This document shows, one piece after another, positions 30,644-38,517 of a stretch of DNA of 64,000 nucleotides. Source of the DNA: an uncultured Candidatus Sumerlaeota bacterium (GTDB lineage: Bacteria > Sumerlaeota > Sumerlaeia > UBA8349). The stretch spans positions 4,194,973 through 4,258,972 of the forward strand of contig OW818685.1 in NCBI GenBank assembly GCA_942493245.1, read 5' to 3'. The notes under the pieces were generated by a model that was given only the letters and a program-made list of their open reading frames with translations, was not told the origin of the DNA and did not search any database. The position numbers and the translations under genes are program-made. Numbering within the stretch: the stretch's first letter is position 1; the number at the start of each line of letters is the position of its first letter.

Positions 30644-30943
30644 CTACTCTGCCTTTCCAGACGCGCCCGTTTCCGGGGCGGCCTTTTCGCGCTTGAAATT
30701 ATCCACCAGAATCGTTTCGAGCGACTCGATGCGCTTTTCCATCCGGTCCAGGTCCGCGTACAGTTTTCGCACCGCCTCCGCCTCGCGGTTCATCTCCTCG
30801 CCGCAGGACTGGTTGCGCTTGCCGGACTTCGCGATCAGAAGAATCGCGACGACAAAGAAACCGACAATCACCACCAACGGAATGAGCATAATCAGAGAAA
30901 AAGCGGCTGGAATCGCGTCATTCATGGAAAAACCTTTCAACAC
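30644..30943 (-). CDS. PspB-like small membrane protein (paralog 5)
   Basis: N-terminal TM, then ...EAEAVRKLYADLDRMEKRIESLETILVD. Compare E. coli PspB ...RLAQLADEAKRMRERIQALESILDAE. Confidence 0.6.
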   Translation of the reverse strand: MLKGFSMNDAIPAAFSLIMLIPLVVIVGFFVVAILLIAKSGKRNQSCGEEMNREAEAVRKLYADLDRMEKRIESLETILVDNFKREKAAPETGASGKAE

Positions 30944-31004
30944 TACCCCTCACGTGGGGGAAACTTCGCTATTCAGAATTCGGTTTCAATTGTTCTCTTC
31001 AGGA

Positions 31005-31331
31005 TCAGGAAAACGGTTCTCGTGGTTCAGACCCGCCACAGGAGGACACCATCTGCGCCTCTTTGTCCAGCCACTGATCGCGCTCGGACTGAGGAACGGG
31101 GGGCGGAGTCTGTTTCTGCCGATATGTCTCGATCAGGATGGTTTCGAGCGCTTCGATCCGTTTGGCCATCCGCTCCTGGTCCGCATACAACGCCCGCATG
31201 GCCTGGGCGTCCTCGGTCAAATTGGACGACGGGGTTTTCCGCTTGTCCATCTTGATCCCCACGATGATCGTCACACAGAACAATAGCGGAATAAAGATGA
31301 AGATTGCGAAAATCGCCAGAACTTCTTCCAT
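31005..31331 (-). CDS. PspB-like small membrane protein (paralog 4)
   Basis: TM, then ...DAQAMRALYADQERMAKRIEALETILIE. Confidence 0.6.
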   Translation of the reverse strand: MEEVLAIFAIFIFIPLLFCVTIIVGIKMDKRKTPSSNLTEDAQAMRALYADQERMAKRIEALETILIETYRQKQTPPPVPQSERDQWLDKEAQMVSSCGGSEPREPFS

Positions 31332-31466
31332 GGTACGATTCCCTCCCTTACACGGGTTCCTCTCTGTCGGAACGCCTCACTCTTTCAATCTCGAACCTTC
31401 CACATTCCGATATTTTCTTTATCCCACCGGCCCTTGGGGCGGATGGAGTAAAACTCATTCGTTCTC

Positions 31467-31808
31467 TCACCGGTGTAACAGGATTTCTTCCAACGCTTCC
31501 ACCCGCCGGGTCAACCGGTTCCGGCGGATGAACTGGCCCCGCATGACCAGAAAGTCTTCGTCCGAGTCTGCGCGGCGGGTCTGATGTTTCTTTCTAAAGG
31601 TTGAAATCCCCAACAGCGCGCCCAATAACAGGAACAACTGCCCCACGCACGTCAGGACAAAACCGATTCCTTTTCCCAACAAACTCACGATCGCCCTCAG
31701 AATCTCCCACATCAGAATCAGGATGGCGCCTACGCCTTTGCACAAAACGCAGAAACAGAGAAAGGCGAGAAGCGAGAATAGTCCGAAGAGTACCAGAAGT
31801 TCAAGCAT
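31467..31808 (-). CDS. PspB-like small membrane protein (paralog 3)
   Basis: Two TM segments, then ...FIRRNRLTRRVEALEEILLHR. Confidence 0.5.
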   Translation of the reverse strand: MLELLVLFGLFSLLAFLCFCVLCKGVGAILILMWEILRAIVSLLGKGIGFVLTCVGQLFLLLGALLGISTFRKKHQTRRADSDEDFLVMRGQFIRRNRLTRRVEALEEILLHR

Positions 31809-31838
31809 GGTATTTAGCCTTTTCCCGGTCCGGGATTT

Positions 31839-32567
31839 TTACCCGCGCCGCGTTTCGCTCTCCCGGCCCAACTCGCTGACCAACAGCGTCTCAAGCGCCT
31901 CCAGGCGGCGCATCAACCGTTCTTCCTTCTCATGAATCCGCAGGGCCAACACATCCATTTCCGGGTCCGCGCCCCGTCTTCCCGAATTCGCGACCCCACG
32001 CGCCAGGCGCACCAGAAGGAAAAGGAAGAAACCGAAAGCGCACATCATCAGAATTCCCAACGAGGCCCAATTGAACCGGAGAGAACTCCGGGGCGAGTGT
32101 ACAACCACGTTCGGGCCTTGATGAATCTGGACGGCCGATCCGTCCGCATTCTTGAATTGCTTTACGGTCTCGTACTGGTTGTCCTGAATCGTTCCCCCGG
32201 TTGGTTTGAGCGTAACCACCGTTTGCCCCGACTGCCAATCGGGTTGTGGACCGGAATTGATCACGGTCACCGACCCCGGTCCATTAATCTGAACCGACTC
32301 GGGCATTTCCGCCTGGGGTTGTCTCATCATCTGTTCTTGTCCGGGATGCCCGGCATTTCCCGATACATCCACCGGATGGATTCCGCCAACGGGAGTGGAG
32401 TGCTGCACGATTGCCTGATCGTGGTACTCCACCCGACGCTCGACTCGGGTAAAGAAAAAACTGAACAGAACGAACAGAGGGATACAGAATGCCAACCCCA
32501 CGGCGAGCAGGATAAAGAGTCCTTTGAGCAATCCCCGCATGATACGCCTCCTCTTGCCGTCTCGCAC
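31839..32567 (-). CDS. Membrane protein with a periplasmic Gly/Pro/Gln-rich domain and a PspB-like C-terminal helix (paralog 2)
   Basis: TM, then an about 120-aa exported segment, then a second TM, then ...EKEERLMRRLEALETLLVSE. Confidence 0.5.
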   Translation of the reverse strand: MRDGKRRRIMRGLLKGLFILLAVGLAFCIPLFVLFSFFFTRVERRVEYHDQAIVQHSTPVGGIHPVDVSGNAGHPGQEQMMRQPQAEMPESVQINGPGSVTVINSGPQPDWQSGQTVVTLKPTGGTIQDNQYETVKQFKNADGSAVQIHQGPNVVVHSPRSSLRFNWASLGILMMCAFGFFLFLLVRLARGVANSGRRGADPEMDVLALRIHEKEERLMRRLEALETLLVSELGRESETRRG

Positions 32568-32629
32568 ATCGGGTCTTCCCGGGAGGGGTTCTTCAACCCG
32601 CTCTCCCGGGAATCGTCCGGTTTCCTCTA

Positions 32630-33055
32630 TCAGGATTTCCGCCGCATTTCGGCGAATTTTTCATCGAGGATCGTTTCCACCGCCGCCACCCGCCGTTTCA
32701 GGCGCGCCAGCCGGTCTTCTTCCGGTCTGGCAAAGCGTTCGCTCGGGCGTGGAGGTTCCGGCTCTCTTTCCGATTTGCCAAACAACCATTGAAACAGCAT
32801 GTATCCTACCAGCAGCGGGATGCTCAACACAACGCAAAACGCCAGCGCCCGCAACCCCCACATCGCCACCGTAAACACGCCCTCGACGAGGTGCAGCAGT
32901 ACCGGCCCCACCACCACGATCCCCAGGGCCGCCAGCAGCCACATCAGCGGATTGCGCTTGATACTCAGAATCGCACACTGGACCCAGTTCATGGCCTTTT
33001 TCCCCACCTTCCGGCCGGGTACGCAACCCGGCGCGTTGTGAAACGGGCCTCGCAA
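32630..33055 (-). CDS. PspB-like small membrane protein (paralog 1)
   Basis: Two TM segments, then ...EEDRLARLKRRVAAVETILDEKF. The start could instead be MNWVQ at about 32992. Confidence 0.5.
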   Translation of the reverse strand: MRGPFHNAPGCVPGRKVGKKAMNWVQCAILSIKRNPLMWLLAALGIVVVGPVLLHLVEGVFTVAMWGLRALAFCVVLSIPLLVGYMLFQWLFGKSEREPEPPRPSERFARPEEDRLARLKRRVAAVETILDEKFAEMRRKS

Positions 33056-33167
33056 GACCCGGTCCCGCCCCTTGCGCAGCGGACCGGAAACATGCTCCGG
33101 TCCGCCGTTTCAAAAAATCCCAGACCTTCTGTTTTGGCTTTTCGGGTATTGTTGGACGGGCGAGCGA

Positions 33168-33827
33168 TCAGCCCTTGACTTGCTTGCGCAATTCATCGAG
33201 TTCGCGTTCCAGATCCTCATCGGACTCGAGTTCCTTGAACTGCTGTTCGACGGAAGGCTGCACGCCGTAGTTGACCATTTCCGCTTCGGCTTCCATCCGG
33301 TCGAGCCGGCGCTCGAAAAGGTCGATCTTGCTCATGGCCTCGGTGCCATTGGCCGAGCGGATCGTCTCCTCGGCGCGTTTCTTACTCTGCGCGTGGGCGT
33401 AGCGCTGAACCAGCACCTTCTGCCGTTCCCGCAGGGCCTGGATTTTTCCCTCGAGTTGCGAGATGTCTTCCTGATATTTATCAATCAAGGCCTCGCACTC
33501 GGCTTTCTGGGCTTCCTGCGGATCGATGCGCTCCATCAGCCGCCGTTTTTCGAGCAGGGCCTCGCGGGCCAGCACCTCGCGTCCTTTTTCCACGGCCAGG
33601 CGGGCCTTAGCCGCCCAGTCGTTGGCCCGGTCGCGCAATTCATCAATGGCGCGCTGGACGGTTTTACTCTGGGCCATCGCGGAAGCGCACTGGGCCTTGA
33701 GTTCAATCAACGTGTCTTCCATCTCGCGCAGCATCAACCGCAGCAGTTTCTCCGGGTCCTCGGCCTTGTCGAGCATCGCGTTGAGGTTCGAGTTGATGAT
33801 GTCACGCAGTCGGGTGAAGATTCCCAT
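33168..33827 (-). CDS. pspA: Phage shock protein A (PspA/IM30 family)
   Basis: MGIFTRLRDIINSNLNAMLDKAEDPEKLLRLMLREMEDTLIELKAQ... is a canonical PspA N-terminus. 220 aa, coiled-coil. RBS ggaggaaagg. The longer ORF 33168..34139 is an upstream extension. Confidence 0.85.
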   Translation of the reverse strand: MGIFTRLRDIINSNLNAMLDKAEDPEKLLRLMLREMEDTLIELKAQCASAMAQSKTVQRAIDELRDRANDWAAKARLAVEKGREVLAREALLEKRRLMERIDPQEAQKAECEALIDKYQEDISQLEGKIQALRERQKVLVQRYAHAQSKKRAEETIRSANGTEAMSKIDLFERRLDRMEAEAEMVNYGVQPSVEQQFKELESDEDLERELDELRKQVKG

Positions 33828-33877
33828 GATCCTTTCCTCCGTTCCGGGCCGTGGCCCGATAGTGTCTGCCGCATATA

Positions 33878-33894
33878 CAGCACGGCGTGTGCCA
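33878..33894 (-). promoter_or_regulatory. Sigma54 (-24/-12) promoter for pspA: TGGCACacgccgTGCT
   Basis: The minus strand reads TGGCAC-N6-TGC with GG-to-GC spacing of 12. It lies about 50-65 nt upstream of the pspA ATG and about 280 nt from the divergent pspF start. Confidence 0.6.
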
Positions 33895-34171
33895 ACTGAT
33901 GCGAAATTTCGCAAGGCTTTGTCAAACAAGAACTTGCGGAGATTTTCATTTGCTTTTCCCCTTGACGGGAGAACGCGGAGGTGGCAATATTCGCCATGAG
34001 TTGGGTTTTCAAACCAATGAGCGGGACGGGGAACCGCGTGTGCCGGCGGGGACGCCGACGGTACAGACTGCGGGATCGGCGCGAGAATGCCAGCGGCAGG
34101 TCTTGGGGCCTCCCCGTCCACTCGGTCCGTCCCGTCCACCCGTCTCTGAGTCCGAGAAGAAGGATGCTCTC

Positions 34172-35275
34172 ATGTCAGAACAAAAGTCCCTGTGGAATGA
34201 AACCGGGCGGCCCGACAATGGCGCTTCGCCAGTCGGGCGGTTCGATGTGATCGGGGAATCGCCCGCGTTCCTGGATTTTCAGGAACGCCTGGCGCAGGCG
34301 GCGCCCATCGAGCGCTCGGTGCTCCTGATCGGCGAACGCGGCACGGGAAAGGAAATGGCGGCGCGTCGGCTCCACTTTCTCTCGAAACGGTGGGGACAGC
34401 CTTTCGTCACGCTCAACTGCGCGGCGCTGGCTCCTTCCCTGATCGAGTCGGAACTTTTCGGCCACGAGGAGGGCGCGTTCACCGGCGCGCGCAAAAGGCG
34501 CATCGGGCGTTTCGAGGCGGCGGATGGCGGAACCCTCTTTCTGGACGAGATTTCCCTGATCCCGATCGAAACCCAGGAGAAAATTCTCCGCGTGGTCGAG
34601 TATGGCGCGTTCGAGCGGGTCGGCGGTCAACAGTCTATCCAGGTGGACGTGCGTATCCTCGGCGCGACGAACGCCAACCTGGCCCGGGAGGCGCAATCCG
34701 GGCGCTTCAAGAGTGATCTGCTCGACCGCCTCTCGTTCGAGGTGCTCTTTCTCCCGCCCCTGCGCGAACGCGGCGAGGATATCCTGGTTCTGGCGCAATA
34801 CTTTGCCACCCGCATGGCGTTCGAACTGGGACGTTCCGACGCGCCCGAGTTTTCGGACGAGGCGCAGGAAGCCCTGCAGGGCTACCTCTGGCCGGGCAAT
34901 GTGCGCGAACTCAAGAATGTGGTCGAGCGAGCCGTGTACCGGAACGACGACCTGATCGAGCAGGTCGAGTTCGACCCCTTCCGGTGTCCGTATGAACCCC
35001 TGCCCGAAACCATGCCCCCCGTGCCCGTGGTTTCTTCGTCCGAAAAAACCGCTGTTTCCGAACGCGCAAAAGAAATAGAGGAACGTCCGGGCGACGAGAG
35101 CCAGGCCTGTCTCGATCTGCTGGAAGCGACCCGCCGTCTCGAACTCGACTATCTGCGCCGGGCGCTCGAACAGACCCGCTTCAACCAGCGTCTGGCCGCT
35201 GACACACTCGGTCTGACCTACCACCAGTTCCGGGGTCTCTATCGCAAATACACGCGGGAACTGGCGGCGCTGTGA
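34172..35275 (+). CDS. pspF: Sigma54-dependent transcriptional activator PspF (AAA+ enhancer-binding protein without a receiver domain)
   Basis: ...LLIGERGTGKE... (Walker A), GAFTGA motif (GHEEGAFTGA), ...LFLDEI... and a C-terminal HTH. Short N-terminus as in PspF. Divergent from pspA. Confidence 0.85.
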   Translation: MSEQKSLWNETGRPDNGASPVGRFDVIGESPAFLDFQERLAQAAPIERSVLLIGERGTGKEMAARRLHFLSKRWGQPFVTLNCAALAPSLIESELFGHEEGAFTGARKRRIGRFEAADGGTLFLDEISLIPIETQEKILRVVEYGAFERVGGQQSIQVDVRILGATNANLAREAQSGRFKSDLLDRLSFEVLFLPPLRERGEDILVLAQYFATRMAFELGRSDAPEFSDEAQEALQGYLWPGNVRELKNVVERAVYRNDDLIEQVEFDPFRCPYEPLPETMPPVPVVSSSEKTAVSERAKEIEERPGDESQACLDLLEATRRLELDYLRRALEQTRFNQRLAADTLGLTYHQFRGLYRKYTRELAAL

Positions 35276-35334
35276 AGGCTCATGCGAAGTCCCTGAACAG
35301 GGAGAAACAAAAGAAACCGCTGAACCATTGAACC

Positions 35335-35575
35335 TCGAAAGGCATGAGACACTTGTGGCGCAGCAGAGCCGTAACTAAAACCCATTTAACGCAAAGACGC
35401 AGAGCCGCAAGGACGCAGAGGTCGTTGGGTGGGGGGGACGGCAAGGTCTCTATCATGAATTGAAAACAGGGACAGAATATGTGGACAATGGAAACTGAAA
35501 ATCTTGAATCTTTGCGTCTCTGCACCTTTGCGACTTTGCGTTAAAATTGGTTGCGATTTTGCTGCGTCAGGTTCT
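35335..35575. repeat. MITE-like element family R2, copy 2 (both terminal inverted arms intact)
   Basis: Left arm tggcgcagcagagccgtaactaaaacccatttaacgcaaagacgcagag. Right arm ctctgcacctttgcgactttgcgttaaaattggttgcgattttgctgcgtcagg. Confidence 0.6.
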
Positions 35576-35660
35576 TTCGTTCCTTTCGTGGTCGAATAAA
35601 GCGTTTTACTCGCGATCCTTCGATCGTGGCGCGTTTCAAACCGTCCCCCAGGAGGCTTTC

Positions 35661-37070
35661 ATGCCGGAAGATCCCGTTTCCTCCCCGTCCCCGAATCCCG
35701 ATCCGCGCAGCCAGCTGGCCGCGGTCTCCGTTTTGTTGGAACAACCCGAGATTCAAGTCCTGATCCGGCGCTACACGCGGGTACAGGTTCTTGACGCCAT
35801 TCGCGAGGCCCAGGAGTCGCTCCGGCGCGAGATCGCCACCGGCGCGCCCGCGCCCACGCTCGGTCAGCAGGTCGCCCGTGTGTGCGAAACACTCGAGCGG
35901 ACGGAACGCGACCGATTGCGTCCGGTTGTGAATGCCTCGGGGATCGTGTTGAACACCAATCTGGGACGCGCCGTGCTGCCTCAGGCCGCGGTGGACGCGC
36001 TGGCGCACATGAGCCGTTGTTGCAACCTCCAGGTGGACATCGAGAGCGGCAAGCGGGGGAAACGCAATGCCCGGACCGAGCAATTGCTCTGTCGCCTCAC
36101 CGGGGCCGAGGCCGCCTGCCTGGTGGTGAACAATGCCGCCGCCACTCTGTTGATCCTGAATGTGTTTGCGCAGGGGCGCGAAGTGATCGTATCGCGAGGA
36201 CAACTCATTGAGATTGGGGGCGCGTTTCGCCTGCCTGACTGTATCCACCAGAGCGGCGCTACGATGGTCGAGGTGGGCACGACCAACAAGACCCACCTGC
36301 GCGACTACGAACAGGCGGTCACGGACCACACCGCCGTGGTCCTGCGGTGCAATCCGAGCAATTACCGGGTAGTCGGGTTCAGCAAGAGTGTGCCGATCGG
36401 GGAACTGGTGGCCGTGAAGAAGAAAAAGCCGGACCTGCTGGTCGTGGACGACCTGGGGTGCGGCGCACTGGTGGACCTGTCGCTCTACGGCCTGCCGAAG
36501 GAACCGACCGTCCAGGAGAGCGTCCGGGCCGGGGCCGACCTGGTCTGTTTCAGTGGCGACAAACTCATCAGCGGTCCCCAGGCAGGGATCATCATCGGGC
36601 GGAAGGATCTGATCGCCCGTCTCAAGAAACACCCGCTTATGCGGATGCTGCGCGTGGGAAAACTCACCGATCTGGTGCTGGAACAGACTCTACGGCTCTT
36701 CCTCGATCCCGAAACCCTGACCGAGACCAATCCGACCTTGCGGATGCTGGCCCTGACGCCGGAAACGCTCAAACGGCGGGCACAGGGGCTGAAGCGGAGG
36801 ATTGATAAACTGGGGACACCGTTAAAGTGCGAAGTGGTCGCATGCGAAAGCGCCACGGGGGGCGGTTCATTGCCCGATACGCCGCTCGATTCCTGGGCGG
36901 TGGCGATCGAGTCGCCCGATCGGTCGCTCGAGGACCTGAACCGCGCTCTGCGCCTGAACGAGCCGCCGATCATTGCCCGGATCGGAGAAGGCCGCGTGTT
37001 GCTCGACCTGCGCACGTTTCTGGAGGGGGATGAGGAAACGGTGGCGAAAGCGATCCAGCGGTTGTTTTGA
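35661..37070 (+). CDS. selA: L-seryl-tRNA(Sec) selenium transferase (selenocysteine synthase)
   Basis: ...FSGDKLISGPQAGIIIGRKDLIARLKKHPLMRMLRVGK... is a SelA PLP-lysine region. 469 aa. The ORF starts at 35547 and extends into the repeat. Confidence 0.85.
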   Translation: MPEDPVSSPSPNPDPRSQLAAVSVLLEQPEIQVLIRRYTRVQVLDAIREAQESLRREIATGAPAPTLGQQVARVCETLERTERDRLRPVVNASGIVLNTNLGRAVLPQAAVDALAHMSRCCNLQVDIESGKRGKRNARTEQLLCRLTGAEAACLVVNNAAATLLILNVFAQGREVIVSRGQLIEIGGAFRLPDCIHQSGATMVEVGTTNKTHLRDYEQAVTDHTAVVLRCNPSNYRVVGFSKSVPIGELVAVKKKKPDLLVVDDLGCGALVDLSLYGLPKEPTVQESVRAGADLVCFSGDKLISGPQAGIIIGRKDLIARLKKHPLMRMLRVGKLTDLVLEQTLRLFLDPETLTETNPTLRMLALTPETLKRRAQGLKRRIDKLGTPLKCEVVACESATGGGSLPDTPLDSWAVAIESPDRSLEDLNRALRLNEPPIIARIGEGRVLLDLRTFLEGDEETVAKAIQRLF

Positions 37071-37087
37071 AGAAAAGTGAAAAATTG

Positions 37088-37150
37088 ACAGGATTTACAA
37101 GATTAACAGGATAAGGTTTTTTCTTCGGTATCTTGTTAATCTTGTCAATC
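37088..37150. repeat. AT-rich imperfect palindrome (about 28-bp arms) TTGACAGGATTTACAAGATTAACAGGATA...TATCTTGTTAATCTTGTCAA
   Basis: An unusually AT-rich symmetric element in a GC-rich genome, sitting between the convergent 3' ends of selA and the small membrane gene. Possibly a bidirectional terminator or operator. Confidence 0.45.
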
Positions 37151-37447
37151 ATGTCTATTGCCACCTTTGATTTTCCGGATCAATTGATCCAGGACAAACA
37201 AAACCACACAGGGGACACAACCGAAATCGAGTAACAGAGGAACCCACCAGTACGCGTGAACACTTTCCCAAGGCGCCAGTTTCAGGGCATACAACCCCGT
37301 AACCCCACCGACAAAGGGAACAATTGAAGGCATCTTTTTCTTCAAAAAGAGTCCTCCAAATACGATAACCCCATTGAAGATGGTTCCATAGAGAAAAACC
37401 AAGAACAAAGCGAATGCCAGAAGGTTTTTCAGAAAATGAAGAGGCAT
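37145..37447 (-). CDS. Hypothetical small membrane protein
   Basis: 100 aa with 3 TM helices. Sits downstream of pdxA on the same strand. Confidence 0.4.
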   Translation of the reverse strand: MPLHFLKNLLAFALFLVFLYGTIFNGVIVFGGLFLKKKMPSIVPFVGGVTGLYALKLAPWESVHAYWWVPLLLDFGCVPCVVLFVLDQLIRKIKGGNRHD

Positions 37448-37461
37448 AATCGGCGTTCATT

Positions 37462-38517
37462 TCAAGATTCTGTCCGTTTTTCTCGCGCGTGCCAGTTCCC
37501 CGCCAGTGTCGCGGCGCAGGCGACTGCCGCGCGCAGGCTGCCGGGGTTGGCCTCCCCGCGCCAGGCGATGTCGAACGCCGTTCCGTGGTCCACCGAGGTG
37601 CGGATGAACGGCAGGCCCATCGTCACGTTCACCCCGCCGTGAAAGTCGAGGGTCTTGACGGGGATGAGCGCCTGGTCGTGGTACATGGCGAGCAGGGCGT
37701 CATAGACGCCCCGGCGGTGGAAAAAGAACGCCGTATCGCCCGGCAACGGCCCGGCGACATCCAGCCCTTCGGCCTGGGCCTGTTCGATGGCGGGCGCGAT
37801 AATCTGAGATTCTTCCGTTCCAAACATCCCCCCCTCGCCCGCATGGGGATTCAACCCCGTCACGCCAATGCGCGCCCGGGGGCGTTTCAGTCCGAACAGC
37901 GGGATGAAGCGGTCCAGCAGGCGAATCTGCTCGAGCAGCGTTTCCGTCTTCAACAAGCCGGGCACCCGGTGCAAGGGTTCATGGATGGTGGCCAACGCGA
38001 CACGCAGCCCCCCTCCGACCAGGAGCATCGAGACCGGCACGCCTCCGGCCAGGTCGGAGAGCATTTCCGTGTGGCCGGGAAAGGGACACCCCGCCGCGTG
38101 CAACGCTTCCTTGTGGATGGGCGCGGTCACAACGGCGTCGGCGAGTCCCGACTGAACGAGGTGAACCGCCTGGCGCACATAGGCCCACGCGGCGGCGCCA
38201 CACTGGGCCGAGACTCGCCCGGGCGTCAGTTCTCCGTGGAAGGTAAAATCGGGCGGTTCGACGATGGGAATCGCGCCCGAGTCGTCGGATTCGGCGGGAG
38301 GGGCAGACACCACGCGAAGTTTCGGGGAGGTTCTGTCCTGATGCTCGGCCACCTGATCGAGGTGTCGCGCTTCCCCCACCACAAACGGAAGAACCGAAGC
38401 GGGGAACAAACCATCCTCGAAGAAAAGCAGGATGATTTCCGGCCCCACCCCGGCCGGATCTCCCAGGGTCACGGCCAGTCGCAATGGGCGCGCGCCAGCC
38501 GTTTCGGACACGCTCAT
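37462..38517 (-). CDS. pdxA: 4-hydroxythreonine-4-phosphate dehydrogenase (PdxA family)
   Basis: GDPAGVGPEI, TAPIHK and VTGLNPHAGE motifs. Confidence 0.75.
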   Translation of the reverse strand: MSVSETAGARPLRLAVTLGDPAGVGPEIILLFFEDGLFPASVLPFVVGEARHLDQVAEHQDRTSPKLRVVSAPPAESDDSGAIPIVEPPDFTFHGELTPGRVSAQCGAAAWAYVRQAVHLVQSGLADAVVTAPIHKEALHAAGCPFPGHTEMLSDLAGGVPVSMLLVGGGLRVALATIHEPLHRVPGLLKTETLLEQIRLLDRFIPLFGLKRPRARIGVTGLNPHAGEGGMFGTEESQIIAPAIEQAQAEGLDVAGPLPGDTAFFFHRRGVYDALLAMYHDQALIPVKTLDFHGGVNVTMGLPFIRTSVDHGTAFDIAWRGEANPGSLRAAVACAATLAGNWHAREKRTES

